From assembly GCA_037138355.1 (NCBI GenBank), contig JBAXIL010000005.1, forward strand, positions 1-61,264: a DNA stretch of 61,264 bases, given 5' to 3'. Numbering within the stretch: the stretch's first letter is position 1; each line of letters begins with the position of its first letter. Below the pieces are notes generated by a model, which was not told the DNA's origin, ran no database searches, and was given only the letters and a program-made list of their open reading frames with translations. Below, one piece after another: positions 19,657-29,573 of this stretch. This DNA is from a bacterium (GTDB lineage Bacteria > Oederibacteriota > PGYV01 > Palsa-1178). The position numbers were made by a program, and so were the translations under genes.

Positions 19657-20691
19657 TTATTTATTCTTTTTCGTAAAGATAAAAGGTAGTTTGAAATCTG
19701 CTATTTTTCTAACTGACAGCGCTTGGCTTGCTACAAAAAATATTATTCCCCACAATAACCACAAAGTATAATTTTCCTCATATTTCATTTCTTCTTTTTT
19801 TGTTTTATTTTCTTCCATATATCTTATATCGTCTTTTATTGCCTTAAAAGCATTAAAGTCAGTCACTCTGTAATACTTGCCACCTGTCAAACCTGAGATT
19901 TCTCTTAATTCTCTGTCGTCAAGTTTTGTAACAACTTCAGCACCTTCGTAAGTTTTAAAATATACTCGTCCAAACATATCTTTTCCTTCAGGTATTCGAC
20001 CGCCTTCTAAAGTTCCTACTCCAATAGTGTAAATTCTTATATCTTTTTCTTTTGCTATTTTTGCAGCAGCAATTGGAGCCATACCCATATTGCTTTCTCC
20101 ATCCGTTATTAAAATTAATATTTTGGACTTTGCCGCTTTTTCGACCATTCTTTCTACGGAAGCTTTTATTGCATCTCCTAAAGCTGTTCCGTCCTTAAAA
20201 AGCATTCCAGGATAAAGACTATCTATAATAAGGTCATACGCATCATAGTCATTTGTCAGCGGACATTGAATAAAATCCGTACCAGCGAAAGTCATCATAC
20301 CGATTCTGTCTCCTGCAAGCGAAGCTGTAAAATCTTTTAGTCCTTGTTTGATAACTTCCATTCTGCTGGGTTTTAAATCTCCTGCAGCCATTGAAGATGA
20401 AACATCCACCGCGACCATAATATCTATACCGCTTAAATTAATTTCTGATTTTATTGGCTTGCCCCAAGGTCTGGCAAGTGCTGTTATTATAAAAACAAAA
20501 GCTAATAATAAGAGAATATATTTGATTGCCACCATTATAGGTGAAACAGCACTAAGCATTTTTGGACCTGTTTTTTTATCAAAAAACACAATAGTATTTT
20601 TTGTAATTTTCCATGTTCTCCACGCAAGATAAATAAATAAAGGGAGAACAAGCCAGTAAAGCAAAAAAGCCGAAGCGTTACCAAAATGCAT
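19657..20691 (-). CDS. vWA-domain membrane protein, BatB-like
   Basis: ALARP, MIDAS DVSSS, PLTND, TDGE, terminal TM. Confidence 0.88.
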   Translation of the reverse strand: MHFGNASAFLLYWLVLPLFIYLAWRTWKITKNTIVFFDKKTGPKMLSAVSPIMVAIKYILLLLAFVFIITALARPWGKPIKSEINLSGIDIMVAVDVSSSMAAGDLKPSRMEVIKQGLKDFTASLAGDRIGMMTFAGTDFIQCPLTNDYDAYDLIIDSLYPGMLFKDGTALGDAIKASVERMVEKAAKSKILILITDGESNMGMAPIAAAKIAKEKDIRIYTIGVGTLEGGRIPEGKDMFGRVYFKTYEGAEVVTKLDDRELREISGLTGGKYYRVTDFNAFKAIKDDIRYMEENKTKKEEMKYEENYTLWLLWGIIFFVASQALSVRKIADFKLPFIFTKKNK

Positions 20692-20718
20692 TCTTTACTC
20701 CTTTTTTTTAAATTAAAC

Positions 20719-21726
20719 CTACGCCACTATACGAAGAAACTTCCATGCTTCCAGCCCAAGTGCGGCAAAAAGCAAAATAAAACCAGCCCATAAAAACCAA
20801 ATAAATTTATCTTCTCTTTTATCATAAGTCTTTACCTGTATGTCCTGTTTTTCAAGTTTTCCAATAATATCATATATCTCTTTTAATGAATGTTCATCCG
20901 TTGCACGGAAATAGCGTCCGCCACCAATAGCCGCGACTTGTTTTAAAGACGCTTCATCTGGTTCTTCCCAGCTCAATGGCTGTCCAGTAAAATTATTAAC
21001 AGCGCGCCTTTTTGTTCCAAAATTATCAGTATATAACATAGGAGAGCCACCTTTTTTCCCTATGCCTATTGTGTATATTTTGATTTTTTTAAAAGCCGCA
21101 ATTTTTGCCGCATCTATAGGGCTCATGCCTCTATTATTACCACCATCTGTAGCAAGAATTATAACTTTTGATGCACCTGACGACTCTAACCTGTTTGTCG
21201 CAGTAAGCAAAGCTTCACCTATAGCAGTTCCGTCTATCCTTATGGTCTGCAAATCCACTTGATCAATAAAGTTTTTTACTATTTCGTAATCAACAGTCAA
21301 AGGACACTGCGTAAAGGCCTTCCCAGCAAACACCACAAGCCCAGCCCTGTCATTGACAAGACCAGATACAAACTCCCTACACACTCGCTTAGCCGCTTCT
21401 AACCTGTTTGGTTGTAAATCCTCCGCCTGCATAGAACCTGAGATATCAAGTGCGAGTATTATATCTATCCCTTTTATTTTTTCCTGCATTTCTTTTTTCA
21501 CAAGTTGCGGACGCAACAGAGCAATTACCAAAAATATTATGGCAACAAGTTTTATAATATCCGGAATAAGATACAGGTATTGTTGTTTTGAAGTAGCTTT
21601 CAAAAGAGATGAGAAATTTGAATAATTAATTTTTATGAATTTTAAATCACGAAAAATTAATACTGCTAATAGAATAAGAGCCGCGGCTAAACCCCACGGA
21701 AGTAAAGCGGCGTTTTCAAATCTCAT
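20719..21726 (-). CDS. vWA-domain membrane protein, BatA-like
   Basis: ALLRPQ, GIDIILALDISGSM, GTAIG, TDG. Confidence 0.9.
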   Translation of the reverse strand: MRFENAALLPWGLAAALILLAVLIFRDLKFIKINYSNFSSLLKATSKQQYLYLIPDIIKLVAIIFLVIALLRPQLVKKEMQEKIKGIDIILALDISGSMQAEDLQPNRLEAAKRVCREFVSGLVNDRAGLVVFAGKAFTQCPLTVDYEIVKNFIDQVDLQTIRIDGTAIGEALLTATNRLESSGASKVIILATDGGNNRGMSPIDAAKIAAFKKIKIYTIGIGKKGGSPMLYTDNFGTKRRAVNNFTGQPLSWEEPDEASLKQVAAIGGGRYFRATDEHSLKEIYDIIGKLEKQDIQVKTYDKREDKFIWFLWAGFILLFAALGLEAWKFLRIVA

Positions 21727-22607
21727 TTGCCACGCCTTCCTTCACGCTTTTTAAAAAACAAAATAAGAGTTTTAATATATGCCTCTCCACAGTTTAATAC
21801 CAAATAATCTATTCCAAGAGATTTAAATGTCTTGAAAAGTTTTTTATCCGCTGCATCAGAATTTTTTTTCAGTTTATCTAAAGTATTTTTATCAGCAGTA
21901 TCTAACCATGCTATATTATTAGTTTCAGGATCAACAAAAGGAGCGTAGCCAATGTCTGCCATTTCATAATCGCGCCTGTCGCGCAATACTACTGCTATTA
22001 CATCGTGATGATATTTTAGTACCTTTAAGGAACTGTAATAATCCTTTTCATCATAAAAATCAGATATCACAAATACAGTACTGCGTCTTTTCAAAATGTG
22101 GCTTAGATAAAGTAATGATTCAGATAGATTTGTTTCTTTATTTTTTTGTTCATGATAGGCGAGTTCCCTTAATATCCTAAGTACATGTTTCTTTCCTTTT
22201 TTTGGTGGTACATATTTTTCAAGCCCAGATGAAAATCCGAGAAACCCTACCCTGTCATTATTTAAATTAGCAGTAAACCCCAAGGCAGCAACAAACTCAA
22301 ACATAAGTTCGCTTTTTAAGTTTTCTTTTGAACCAAATTCAAGAGAACCACTCAAATCTGCAGCAAAAATCACCTGTAGTTCTCTTTCTTCTATAAATAT
22401 TTTTATATATGGAGTATTCATTCTGGCAGTTACATTCCAGTCAATCGCCCTTATATCATCGCCTTCTTGATACTCACGCACCTCTGTAAATTCAATACCA
22501 CGGCCTTTAAATGAAGAAAGATATTCTCCCTGAAGGACGGTATCTACGAGATGTCTTGTGGTTATCTCTATGCGCTTTATCTTTTTTAGTATTTCTTTGG
22601 ATATCAT
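21723..22607 (-). CDS. DUF58 family protein
   Basis: GRGIEFTEVREY, DIRAIDWNVTAR, EERE, ISDF. Confidence 0.93.
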   Translation of the reverse strand: MISKEILKKIKRIEITTRHLVDTVLQGEYLSSFKGRGIEFTEVREYQEGDDIRAIDWNVTARMNTPYIKIFIEERELQVIFAADLSGSLEFGSKENLKSELMFEFVAALGFTANLNNDRVGFLGFSSGLEKYVPPKKGKKHVLRILRELAYHEQKNKETNLSESLLYLSHILKRRSTVFVISDFYDEKDYYSSLKVLKYHHDVIAVVLRDRRDYEMADIGYAPFVDPETNNIAWLDTADKNTLDKLKKNSDAADKKLFKTFKSLGIDYLVLNCGEAYIKTLILFFKKREGRRGK

Positions 22608-22644
22608 GTTATCTCCGTGTTTAAAATCTTCGGTTGTCGTAGAT

Positions 22645-22763
22645 TGTCATTGCGAGGAGGTGAACTTGTTTTATGCCGACGAAGCAATCTCAGATCCACC
22701 AATAAACCTTGGTCAGGTACATAGATTGCTTCGTCGCTGAAGAACTCGCTTCTCGCAATGACA
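22645..22763. repeat. Nested palindromic repeat element (TGTCATTGCGAG...CGACGAAGCAATCT / AGATTGCTTCGTCG...CTCGCAATGACA)
   Basis: Two perfect inverted-repeat pairs (12 bp and 14 bp), GC-richer than the flanks, between moxR and DUF58. Confidence 0.85.
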
Positions 22764-22796
22764 ACTCTGCCTAACAAACAAATATCAAAATTATAT

Positions 22797-23780
22797 TTAA
22801 GGAACCTTCACCTTATTAATAATCTGCATTATCACATTATCTGGTGTGACATCTTCTGCCTCTGCTTCGTATGATAAAATAAGCCTGTGCCTTAATACCT
22901 GATAAACTATGGCTTTCACATCATCAGGAGAAACATAACCATCTCCATTGATAAACGCATTCGCTTTCGCGGCGAGTATTAAGTTTATTGAAGCCCTCGG
23001 TGAACAACCATATTCTATAAGATGTCCTAATTGCAGCTTGTATTCCTCGGGATGTCTGGTAGCAAAAACGATATCCGTCACATATTGTTTTATTTTTTCA
23101 TCCACATATACCGCATCTACTATTTCTCTCATATCAATTATTTCTTTAGGTTTAAGCAATGTATCCACTTCTATTTCCTGCCCGACAGTCATTCTATTTA
23201 TTATTTCTATTTCCTGTTCCTTTGTTGGATAATCAATCACAACTTTCATAAGAAAACGATCCACCTGTGCCTCAGGTAGTGGATAGGTCCCTTCTGTTTC
23301 AATTGGGTTTTGTGTGGCAAGTACTATAAAAGGTTCTTCAAGCTTAAAAGTTTTATCCCCTATGGTCACTTGTTTTTCCTGCATGGCTTCTAAAAGTGCT
23401 GACTGAACTTTGGCTGGAGCCCTATTTATTTCATCAGCAAGAACTATATTTGCAAACACAGGTCCTGTGGCGATAGAAAATTCTCCTGTTTTGGCATTAT
23501 AAATTCTCGTACCGACCAAATCTGCGGGAAGCAAATCCGGAGTAAACTGTATGCGTGAAAATTTTGCCTGTATTGTCTTGCTTAATGTTTTGACAGCCAA
23601 AGTTTTCGCCAGTCCTGGCACACCTTCAAGCAATATATGTCCACGCGTTAAAAGTCCAGTAATAAGTCCGCGCACCATTCCTTCTTGCCCAACTATAACT
23701 TTCTCAACCTCATTAAAAACATCCTGAACTTTTTGTGACTTTTCTTTATCTTTTTCCGAAAGTCTTACTACTTTAGCCAT
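22797..23780 (-). CDS. moxR: MoxR-family AAA+ ATPase
   Basis: GVPGLAKT, RIQFTPDLLPAD, DEINRA, ATQNP, DRF, SPRA. Confidence 0.95.
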   Translation of the reverse strand: MAKVVRLSEKDKEKSQKVQDVFNEVEKVIVGQEGMVRGLITGLLTRGHILLEGVPGLAKTLAVKTLSKTIQAKFSRIQFTPDLLPADLVGTRIYNAKTGEFSIATGPVFANIVLADEINRAPAKVQSALLEAMQEKQVTIGDKTFKLEEPFIVLATQNPIETEGTYPLPEAQVDRFLMKVVIDYPTKEQEIEIINRMTVGQEIEVDTLLKPKEIIDMREIVDAVYVDEKIKQYVTDIVFATRHPEEYKLQLGHLIEYGCSPRASINLILAAKANAFINGDGYVSPDDVKAIVYQVLRHRLILSYEAEAEDVTPDNVIMQIINKVKVP

Positions 23781-23872
23781 TGCTTCACCTCACTGATTTA
23801 ATATTTAAATAATCAATATATGCAGACATACAGATATACATTCTATTGAAATAACAAAGATTTTTCATTATC

Positions 23873-24901
23873 TTAATCCAGAATATTTATTGTAAGGGGT
23901 GGCCTCTCCACAATTACAAACTCCACGCCTGCTTCCTTAAATAAATCTTCAAATTCTTTATCAGGATAGTATTTGGAAGTGACAAACTTCTTTATTTTTG
24001 AATTGACCACCATTTTAGCACAAATAATACATGGCGAATGTGTGCTGTATATTATTGAACCTTCTGTTGAAGTCCCTGTAAGTGAGGCCTGTATTATAGC
24101 GTTTTGCTCTGCATGTATGGCACGACATATTTCATGTCTTGTACCTGAAGCTATTCCCATTTGGTCACGCAAACAGCCGAGCTCTGTGCAATCTTTTATC
24201 CCTGCAGCAGCACCATTATATCCGGTACTTACCACTTTATTATTTTTTACAATTACTGCTCCCACATGATGTCTTAAACAAGTGGAACGCTCTGCTGCCA
24301 AATATGCCATTTTCATAAAATATTCTGTCCAATTAGGACGAACATAAGGTTTGTATTTTAAATCAACAAGAAGCTTATCAATTTGAGCAAAGAGTTGTGC
24401 TGGTGTTCCAGAATTATCTATTTTTATATCTGCCATATCAAAACATTTTGAAAGCTGTTGAGCATTTTTATCTGACGAGTTTTCTTTTTCTTCTTTTTTC
24501 TTGAACTCATCTAATGTTGCAGGATCGCCAGGTCTGGCGCGTTTTACAGCCCTATCAAATCTTACTTTTGGATCAGCATTAATACCTATCAATATAAAAT
24601 TTTTCAATGTTTTTTTAAGTTCTTCCACTTCAAAAGGATTGCGTATAGAATCTACCACTGCCTGTGGCATATTTTTGATTTTTGCTGCTGTCATTCTCGC
24701 CAAAACTGAAGGTCCTTCTTTTTCACGAAGGTCATTCCCTATTGTGATTAAATTATCCCTTATAGGTTCCAAATCTCTTTTTTTGGCTTCATGTCTTATA
24801 ATATCTGAAAGTGAAAATGCAGTAAATTTTTTATTGTCTACCAGATACTTTATGGCTTCGCCTTTTCCGGCCGCGTTTGGACCCGTAAACCCTAAAAACA
24901 T
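23873..24901 (-). CDS. P-loop nucleotide-kinase-like domain fused to dCMP deaminase (start at 24901)
   Basis: GPNAAGKG P-loop, DSIRNP; C-terminal RSTCLR, HAEQNA, PCIIC; GGAGG RBS before MFLGF. Confidence 0.88.
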   Translation of the reverse strand: MFLGFTGPNAAGKGEAIKYLVDNKKFTAFSLSDIIRHEAKKRDLEPIRDNLITIGNDLREKEGPSVLARMTAAKIKNMPQAVVDSIRNPFEVEELKKTLKNFILIGINADPKVRFDRAVKRARPGDPATLDEFKKKEEKENSSDKNAQQLSKCFDMADIKIDNSGTPAQLFAQIDKLLVDLKYKPYVRPNWTEYFMKMAYLAAERSTCLRHHVGAVIVKNNKVVSTGYNGAAAGIKDCTELGCLRDQMGIASGTRHEICRAIHAEQNAIIQASLTGTSTEGSIIYSTHSPCIICAKMVVNSKIKKFVTSKYYPDKEFEDLFKEAGVEFVIVERPPLTINILD

Positions 24902-25067
24902 ATGCACCTCCAATAAATTAGTTTTAGTGGTATTTATTATAATTGATTGGCTTATTTTTGCAAGATTTTTATTTGGGTTGGATTTATGCCAATCTCGCCC
25001 TCCAATACCTTGCACAATCTCTATGTTTTATGCTATTATTTATATATACTATTTCACGGAGGATTAA

Positions 25068-26009
25068 ATGACTTTTATACATATGTCAGAAAGTTGGCTT
25101 GAGTTTTGGCTTTTTAATGTCTTTATTATCATACTCCTCCTTTTAGACCTTGGTCTTTTCCAAAAGAAAAGTCATGAGATAAAAATGAAAGAAGCGCTTA
25201 TCATGTCAAGCATTTGGATAAGCATAGCCCTTCTTTTTAATGTATATGTTTTTTACGCACACGGTAGCACAAAAGCCATGGAGTTTTTTACTGGCTTTAT
25301 CATCGAAAAATCACTTAGTGTTGATAATCTTTTTGTATTTCTCACCATTTTCAGTTTTTTTGCGGTACCAAAAGCTTTTCAACAGAAAGTTCTTTTTTGG
25401 GGAATAATTATAGCCATGGTACTTCGTGGTATTTTTATATTTGCAGGAATAAGCTTAATCGAAAGGTTCAGCTGGTTAATATATATCTTTGGTGCTTTCC
25501 TCGTATATACAGGTATTAAGATTTATGCTCACAAAAACAAAGTAAAGGTACCTGGGGAGAGCATGTTTATACTATTTATACAGAAAGTTCTTCCATTTTC
25601 AAAAAACTATGACACTGACAAGTTCACAACAAAAGAAAATGGTAAAAGCTTATTTACAAAACTTTTCTTAGTTTTCATAGTAATTAACTTTGTAGATGTG
25701 ATTTTTGCCTTTGATTCTATTCCGGCCATCTTTTCCATAACACTTGACCCTTTCATTGTTTATTCATCAAACATATTTGCCATACTTGGTTTAAGAGCGC
25801 TTTATTTTGTTTTGGCTGGAGCAGCGGACTCTTTCCATTATATTAACCATGCTTTGGCTGTCATTTTGGTTTTCGTCGGTGGAAAAATGCTATTGGCAGA
25901 TGTGATAAAGATTGATTCATTCATATCTCTTTTATTTATAGCCTTAGTTTTGACAATTGCCATATTAGCATCAGTTGGCAGGAATAAAAGAATAAACAAA
26001 AAATCATAA
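25068..26009 (+). CDS. TerC/Alx-family membrane protein
   Basis: EKSLSVDNLFVF, DVIFAFDSIPA, SNIFAILGLRALY. Confidence 0.93.
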   Translation: MTFIHMSESWLEFWLFNVFIIILLLLDLGLFQKKSHEIKMKEALIMSSIWISIALLFNVYVFYAHGSTKAMEFFTGFIIEKSLSVDNLFVFLTIFSFFAVPKAFQQKVLFWGIIIAMVLRGIFIFAGISLIERFSWLIYIFGAFLVYTGIKIYAHKNKVKVPGESMFILFIQKVLPFSKNYDTDKFTTKENGKSLFTKLFLVFIVINFVDVIFAFDSIPAIFSITLDPFIVYSSNIFAILGLRALYFVLAGAADSFHYINHALAVILVFVGGKMLLADVIKIDSFISLLFIALVLTIAILASVGRNKRINKKS

Positions 26010-26052
26010 ATGAAAAGTTTAAAGTTTGGAGATTTTATAGTTAAAAAAAAAA

Positions 26053-26856
26053 TTACTTCCTCAACCTCGAAAAGGCAGTCACTCCAGCAAAAATCACAGT
26101 AGCAACCACCACTATAGCCGCACCTGAAGCTAAATTAAACGCATAGGAAATAGCAAACCCTGAAACTGTGGAAATAACACTAATAACAACTGCTAATATC
26201 ATAAGTTTTTTAAAATTATGAGTTAACAATAAAGCCGTAGATGCAGGAATTATCAAAAATGCCACGGCAAGTATTATCCCGATTATCTTTATGGAAACCA
26301 CTATAGTAAATGAAATAAGCGTCAGCAATAGAAAATAAATAAAGTTCGTATTCACACCTGATACTTTGGCACCTTCTTCATCAAAAGAAAAAAACAGCAG
26401 TTCCTTGAAAAATATATACACAGAAGCGAGCACCATAATACAAACTCCCCCTATGGCATAAAGGTCTTTGTCTGTCACTGCAAGAATATCCCCGAATAAA
26501 TATCCAAATATATCAGCATTATAAGTTTTATTAAAACCAATAAATATTACTCCCAAAGCCATAGTAAAAGCAAAAAATATTCCTATAAGTGCATCTTCAG
26601 ATGTTTTAGAGTTTTTCTTTGAAATTCCAATCAGCATAGCGATTATCCATGAAAATATAACCGCTGCAGCAGTTGTATTAAACCCCAGCAATAAACCGAG
26701 TGCCACACCACCAAAAGCAGAGTGTGCGATACCATCGCCTATAAATGACATTTTTTTCAAGACAACATATACACCAATCACAGCAAGCAATATGCCTGAT
26801 ATGATACCAGCAATAAGAGCTTTTTGGACAAAAGCGTAATGTAGTATGTCAGTCAT
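26053..26856 (-). CDS. Zn/Mn ABC transporter permease (ZnuB-like)
   Basis: GDGIAH, YLFGDIL, FDEE, IPA. Confidence 0.92.
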   Translation of the reverse strand: MTDILHYAFVQKALIAGIISGILLAVIGVYVVLKKMSFIGDGIAHSAFGGVALGLLLGFNTTAAAVIFSWIIAMLIGISKKNSKTSEDALIGIFFAFTMALGVIFIGFNKTYNADIFGYLFGDILAVTDKDLYAIGGVCIMVLASVYIFFKELLFFSFDEEGAKVSGVNTNFIYFLLLTLISFTIVVSIKIIGIILAVAFLIIPASTALLLTHNFKKLMILAVVISVISTVSGFAISYAFNLASGAAIVVVATVIFAGVTAFSRLRK

Positions 26857-27659
26857 TATAAATTTTCCTTTTCTTTATGCTCGTGCACATCTAATATCCT
26901 TATATTTTTATTACCATGAAAAATAAAATCCGTATCAATACCACAAACCTCACACGCTTGTTCATTTGTCAAAACACCTTCTGGCTCTCCATGCACATGT
27001 ATCTTATGATTTACACAGGACACTTTTGTCACTTGTTTTGCTATCATACTAATATCGTGCGAGACCATAATTATTGTAAGATTTAAATCTTTTTTTAATT
27101 CATAAAGCAAAGCATAAAAAGCAGACTGATTTTTTGCATCAATACCTGTTGTAGGTTCGTCAAGGATTAAAAGTTCTGGATTGTTAACTATGCCACGAGA
27201 GATAAAAACGCGTTGTTTTTGACCGCCTGATAAGGCATCAATATGTTTTAATGCTTCCCCATCCATGCCTGTTTTTTTCAAAGCAGCATATGCCTTTTCT
27301 ATGTGGGACTTTCCGATTCTTTTTGCTGGTCCTATGCCTGCATATAAGCCCATAAGTACTACATCCAAAACACTTACGGGAAATCCTGTATCTATATTTG
27401 TTTCTTGCTTTACATAAGCAATTCTTAACCTGTCAATGGTATTAAATTTCATAGGGTCTTTTCCAAAAACTTTTACTTCCCCTTTGGCTGGTTTCAATAA
27501 ACCTGCAATTAATTTTAACAAGGTGGTTTTTCCTCCGCCATTAGGACCGATAATACCGAGATAATCACCTTTCATCACATCTAAGGTGACATCCTCCACT
27601 ACAAATCTATTATCATAACCAGCAAATACATTTTTTAAAGAAATTATTATTTCGCTCAC
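26856..27659 (-). CDS. Zn/Mn ABC transporter ATPase (ZnuC-like)
   Basis: GPNGGGKT, LSGGQ, LDEPT, SHD. Confidence 0.93.
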   Translation of the reverse strand: MSEIIISLKNVFAGYDNRFVVEDVTLDVMKGDYLGIIGPNGGGKTTLLKLIAGLLKPAKGEVKVFGKDPMKFNTIDRLRIAYVKQETNIDTGFPVSVLDVVLMGLYAGIGPAKRIGKSHIEKAYAALKKTGMDGEALKHIDALSGGQKQRVFISRGIVNNPELLILDEPTTGIDAKNQSAFYALLYELKKDLNLTIIMVSHDISMIAKQVTKVSCVNHKIHVHGEPEGVLTNEQACEVCGIDTDFIFHGNKNIRILDVHEHKEKENL

Positions 27660-28528
27660 TTCATTGCCTCTTTTATGATTTCAAAATTCTTTTTCATAAA
27701 ACCAATATAATCCCCATCTGCTAAACCGTTAGGATCTATAATCAACACATTGACACTGGCTTCTTTTGCTATTACATCCGCGGCTTTTCTTGGTAATTGT
27801 GGCTCTGCAAAAATAGTTCTTATCCCGTATTTCTTTATCTGAGCTATTATAGTTTGAAGTTCTTTAGGAGTAGGTTCCTTACCAGGCACAGCTTCTATAA
27901 CGCCAACTTCCTTAAGTCCGTATCTTTTTTCAAAATATATCCACGCAGGATGAAAAGAAATTACTTCTTTAAGAGTTAATTTTTTTGTTTCCTTTGTAAA
28001 ATACATGTCTAACTTATCAAGCTCATTGCTGAACTTCTTATAATTGGCTTTGAAATAAGCTGCATCAACCGGTGCCAAAGCACAAAGAGCTCCACATATA
28101 CGCCATGAAAAATATTTTGTTATAATCGGATCAAGCCACACATGAGGATTTCCAGCTCTGCGTCCATTTTTTTCCAATAGCTCATCACTATCTCCTGCCA
28201 ATAAAGGAACCCCATCAGTTATAGTCAAAATTCTTAATTTTTTGTTTTCCGATGCCTTCACCAGTTTATCAGCCCAAAACTCCATACCTGCTCCAACTTG
28301 AATAAATAAATCAGCATCTGCCATTGCTTTTAACTGGGATGGTTTTGGTGAGAAGGTATGAGGACTTGACCCTGGAGGTACCAAAGACAATAGGTCTGCC
28401 TTATCTCCAGCTATGGCAGCTGTTATATTATATAGAGGGACAATACTTGTGACTACTTTGATTTTATCAGCCGCTAATAAGCATGTGCTTGAAAAAAACA
28501 AGAACATAAACACAAATAGCTTTCTCAT
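27656..28528 (-). CDS. Zn/Mn ABC transporter substrate-binding protein (ZnuA/TroA family; start at 28528)
   Basis: SPH, NPHVWLDP, FHPAW ligand motifs; AGGAGG RBS before MRKLF. Confidence 0.92.
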   Translation of the reverse strand: MRKLFVFMFLFFSSTCLLAADKIKVVTSIVPLYNITAAIAGDKADLLSLVPPGSSPHTFSPKPSQLKAMADADLFIQVGAGMEFWADKLVKASENKKLRILTITDGVPLLAGDSDELLEKNGRRAGNPHVWLDPIITKYFSWRICGALCALAPVDAAYFKANYKKFSNELDKLDMYFTKETKKLTLKEVISFHPAWIYFEKRYGLKEVGVIEAVPGKEPTPKELQTIIAQIKKYGIRTIFAEPQLPRKAADVIAKEASVNVLIIDPNGLADGDYIGFMKKNFEIIKEAMK

Positions 28529-28541
28529 ACGACTTGTCCTC

Positions 28542-29468
28542 CTACCTGTTATATTTGAAAAAATCCCTATCATTAAAATATTCTTTTTTCACAAAACCGC
28601 TTTGTACAAGCTTCCCCAAAGCCATTTCCACTTCTATCTTTGTTAAACCCATAGTATCTTCAAAATCCTTAGCAGTCATAGGCCTGCGTTTTAAGGCCTC
28701 CAGCATGGCATCTTCTTTTCCATCAATTGTATGAATACTACTTCCTGTAAATTTTCCTATGACTTCTGCCTTTGGACCAAGTAATATAGCGAGTTCCTTT
28801 AATCTTAAATCTGTAACTGGATCTGCATACTCTTCAGCGCGCGAACGCACTACAGTATTTATCTGAATTTTTTCTATGTTTGGTATGGTATCAAGTACTT
28901 TTTTTGCCTGTAACATATCATTATCAGAATCATTCATACCTTTCACTACCATTATCTCAAGCCAAATTTTCCCTTTATATTCAGAAGCAAAAGCCCTAAG
29001 TCCTTCTATCACTGTATTCATTTTTATTGAACCATGCGGTCTGTTCACTTTTATATATGTTTCACTACTAAAGGCATCCATAGACGGCATAATCACATCC
29101 GCCTTCATGAGTTCTTTTCTCACCTGCGGGTCTGATAAAAGCACTCCATTTGTAATAACAGCAACTGGCTTGGTTGTTATTTTTTTTATTTCATCGATTA
29201 GTTCACCGAGGTTTATAGCTAAAGTCGGCTCACCAGAACCTGAAATAGTTATATGGTCAGTAATACCGCCCTTATCAAGGAACTGTTTAAGCTCTTTTAT
29301 TATTGCAGAAGTTTCTACAAAAAGTTTTCTTTCATTAGTCAGTTTAAAGCTTCTGCCCAATTCGCAATACACGCAGTTTAGATTACAACTCTTGCTGGCT
29401 AAAGGATCAACTCCGAGAGACAACCCTAAGCGTCTGGATGGCACTGGTCCAAATATGTACATAAGCAC
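28542..29468 (-). CDS. Radical SAM protein (COG0731/TYW1-related) with a C-terminal HTH-like segment
   Basis: FGPVPSRRLG, CNLNCVYC, GEPTL, ITNG. Confidence 0.88.
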   Translation of the reverse strand: MLMYIFGPVPSRRLGLSLGVDPLASKSCNLNCVYCELGRSFKLTNERKLFVETSAIIKELKQFLDKGGITDHITISGSGEPTLAINLGELIDEIKKITTKPVAVITNGVLLSDPQVRKELMKADVIMPSMDAFSSETYIKVNRPHGSIKMNTVIEGLRAFASEYKGKIWLEIMVVKGMNDSDNDMLQAKKVLDTIPNIEKIQINTVVRSRAEEYADPVTDLRLKELAILLGPKAEVIGKFTGSSIHTIDGKEDAMLEALKRRPMTAKDFEDTMGLTKIEVEMALGKLVQSGFVKKEYFNDRDFFKYNR

Positions 29469-29506
29469 TCCGTTTTATTATTCTGATAATATCAATTAAC
29501 ATAATG

Positions 29507-29535
29507 ATTATATAGATATAAAACGACAATGTCAA
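29507..29535 (-). promoter_or_regulatory. Consensus sigma70 promoter for the radical SAM-znu operon
   Basis: Minus strand TTGACA-17 nt-TATAAT. Confidence 0.8.
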
Positions 29536-29573
29536 ATAAGGAATGAAAACCATATTACAATTTTGATAAAATA

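Noticed and set aside
22558-22740. 60-aa plus-strand ORF
   Set aside because: Chance translation of the palindromic repeat and of DUF58 antisense sequence
24902-25015. N-terminal extensions given by the ORF track (dCMP deaminase fusion, ZnuA-like protein, Rh50)
   Set aside because: Downstream starts at 24901, 28528 and 30716 have strong RBSs and match domain boundaries
24902-25067. yybP-ykoY Mn riboswitch upstream of terC
   Set aside because: No matching motif, and a candidate promoter near 25010-25040 leaves too short a leader
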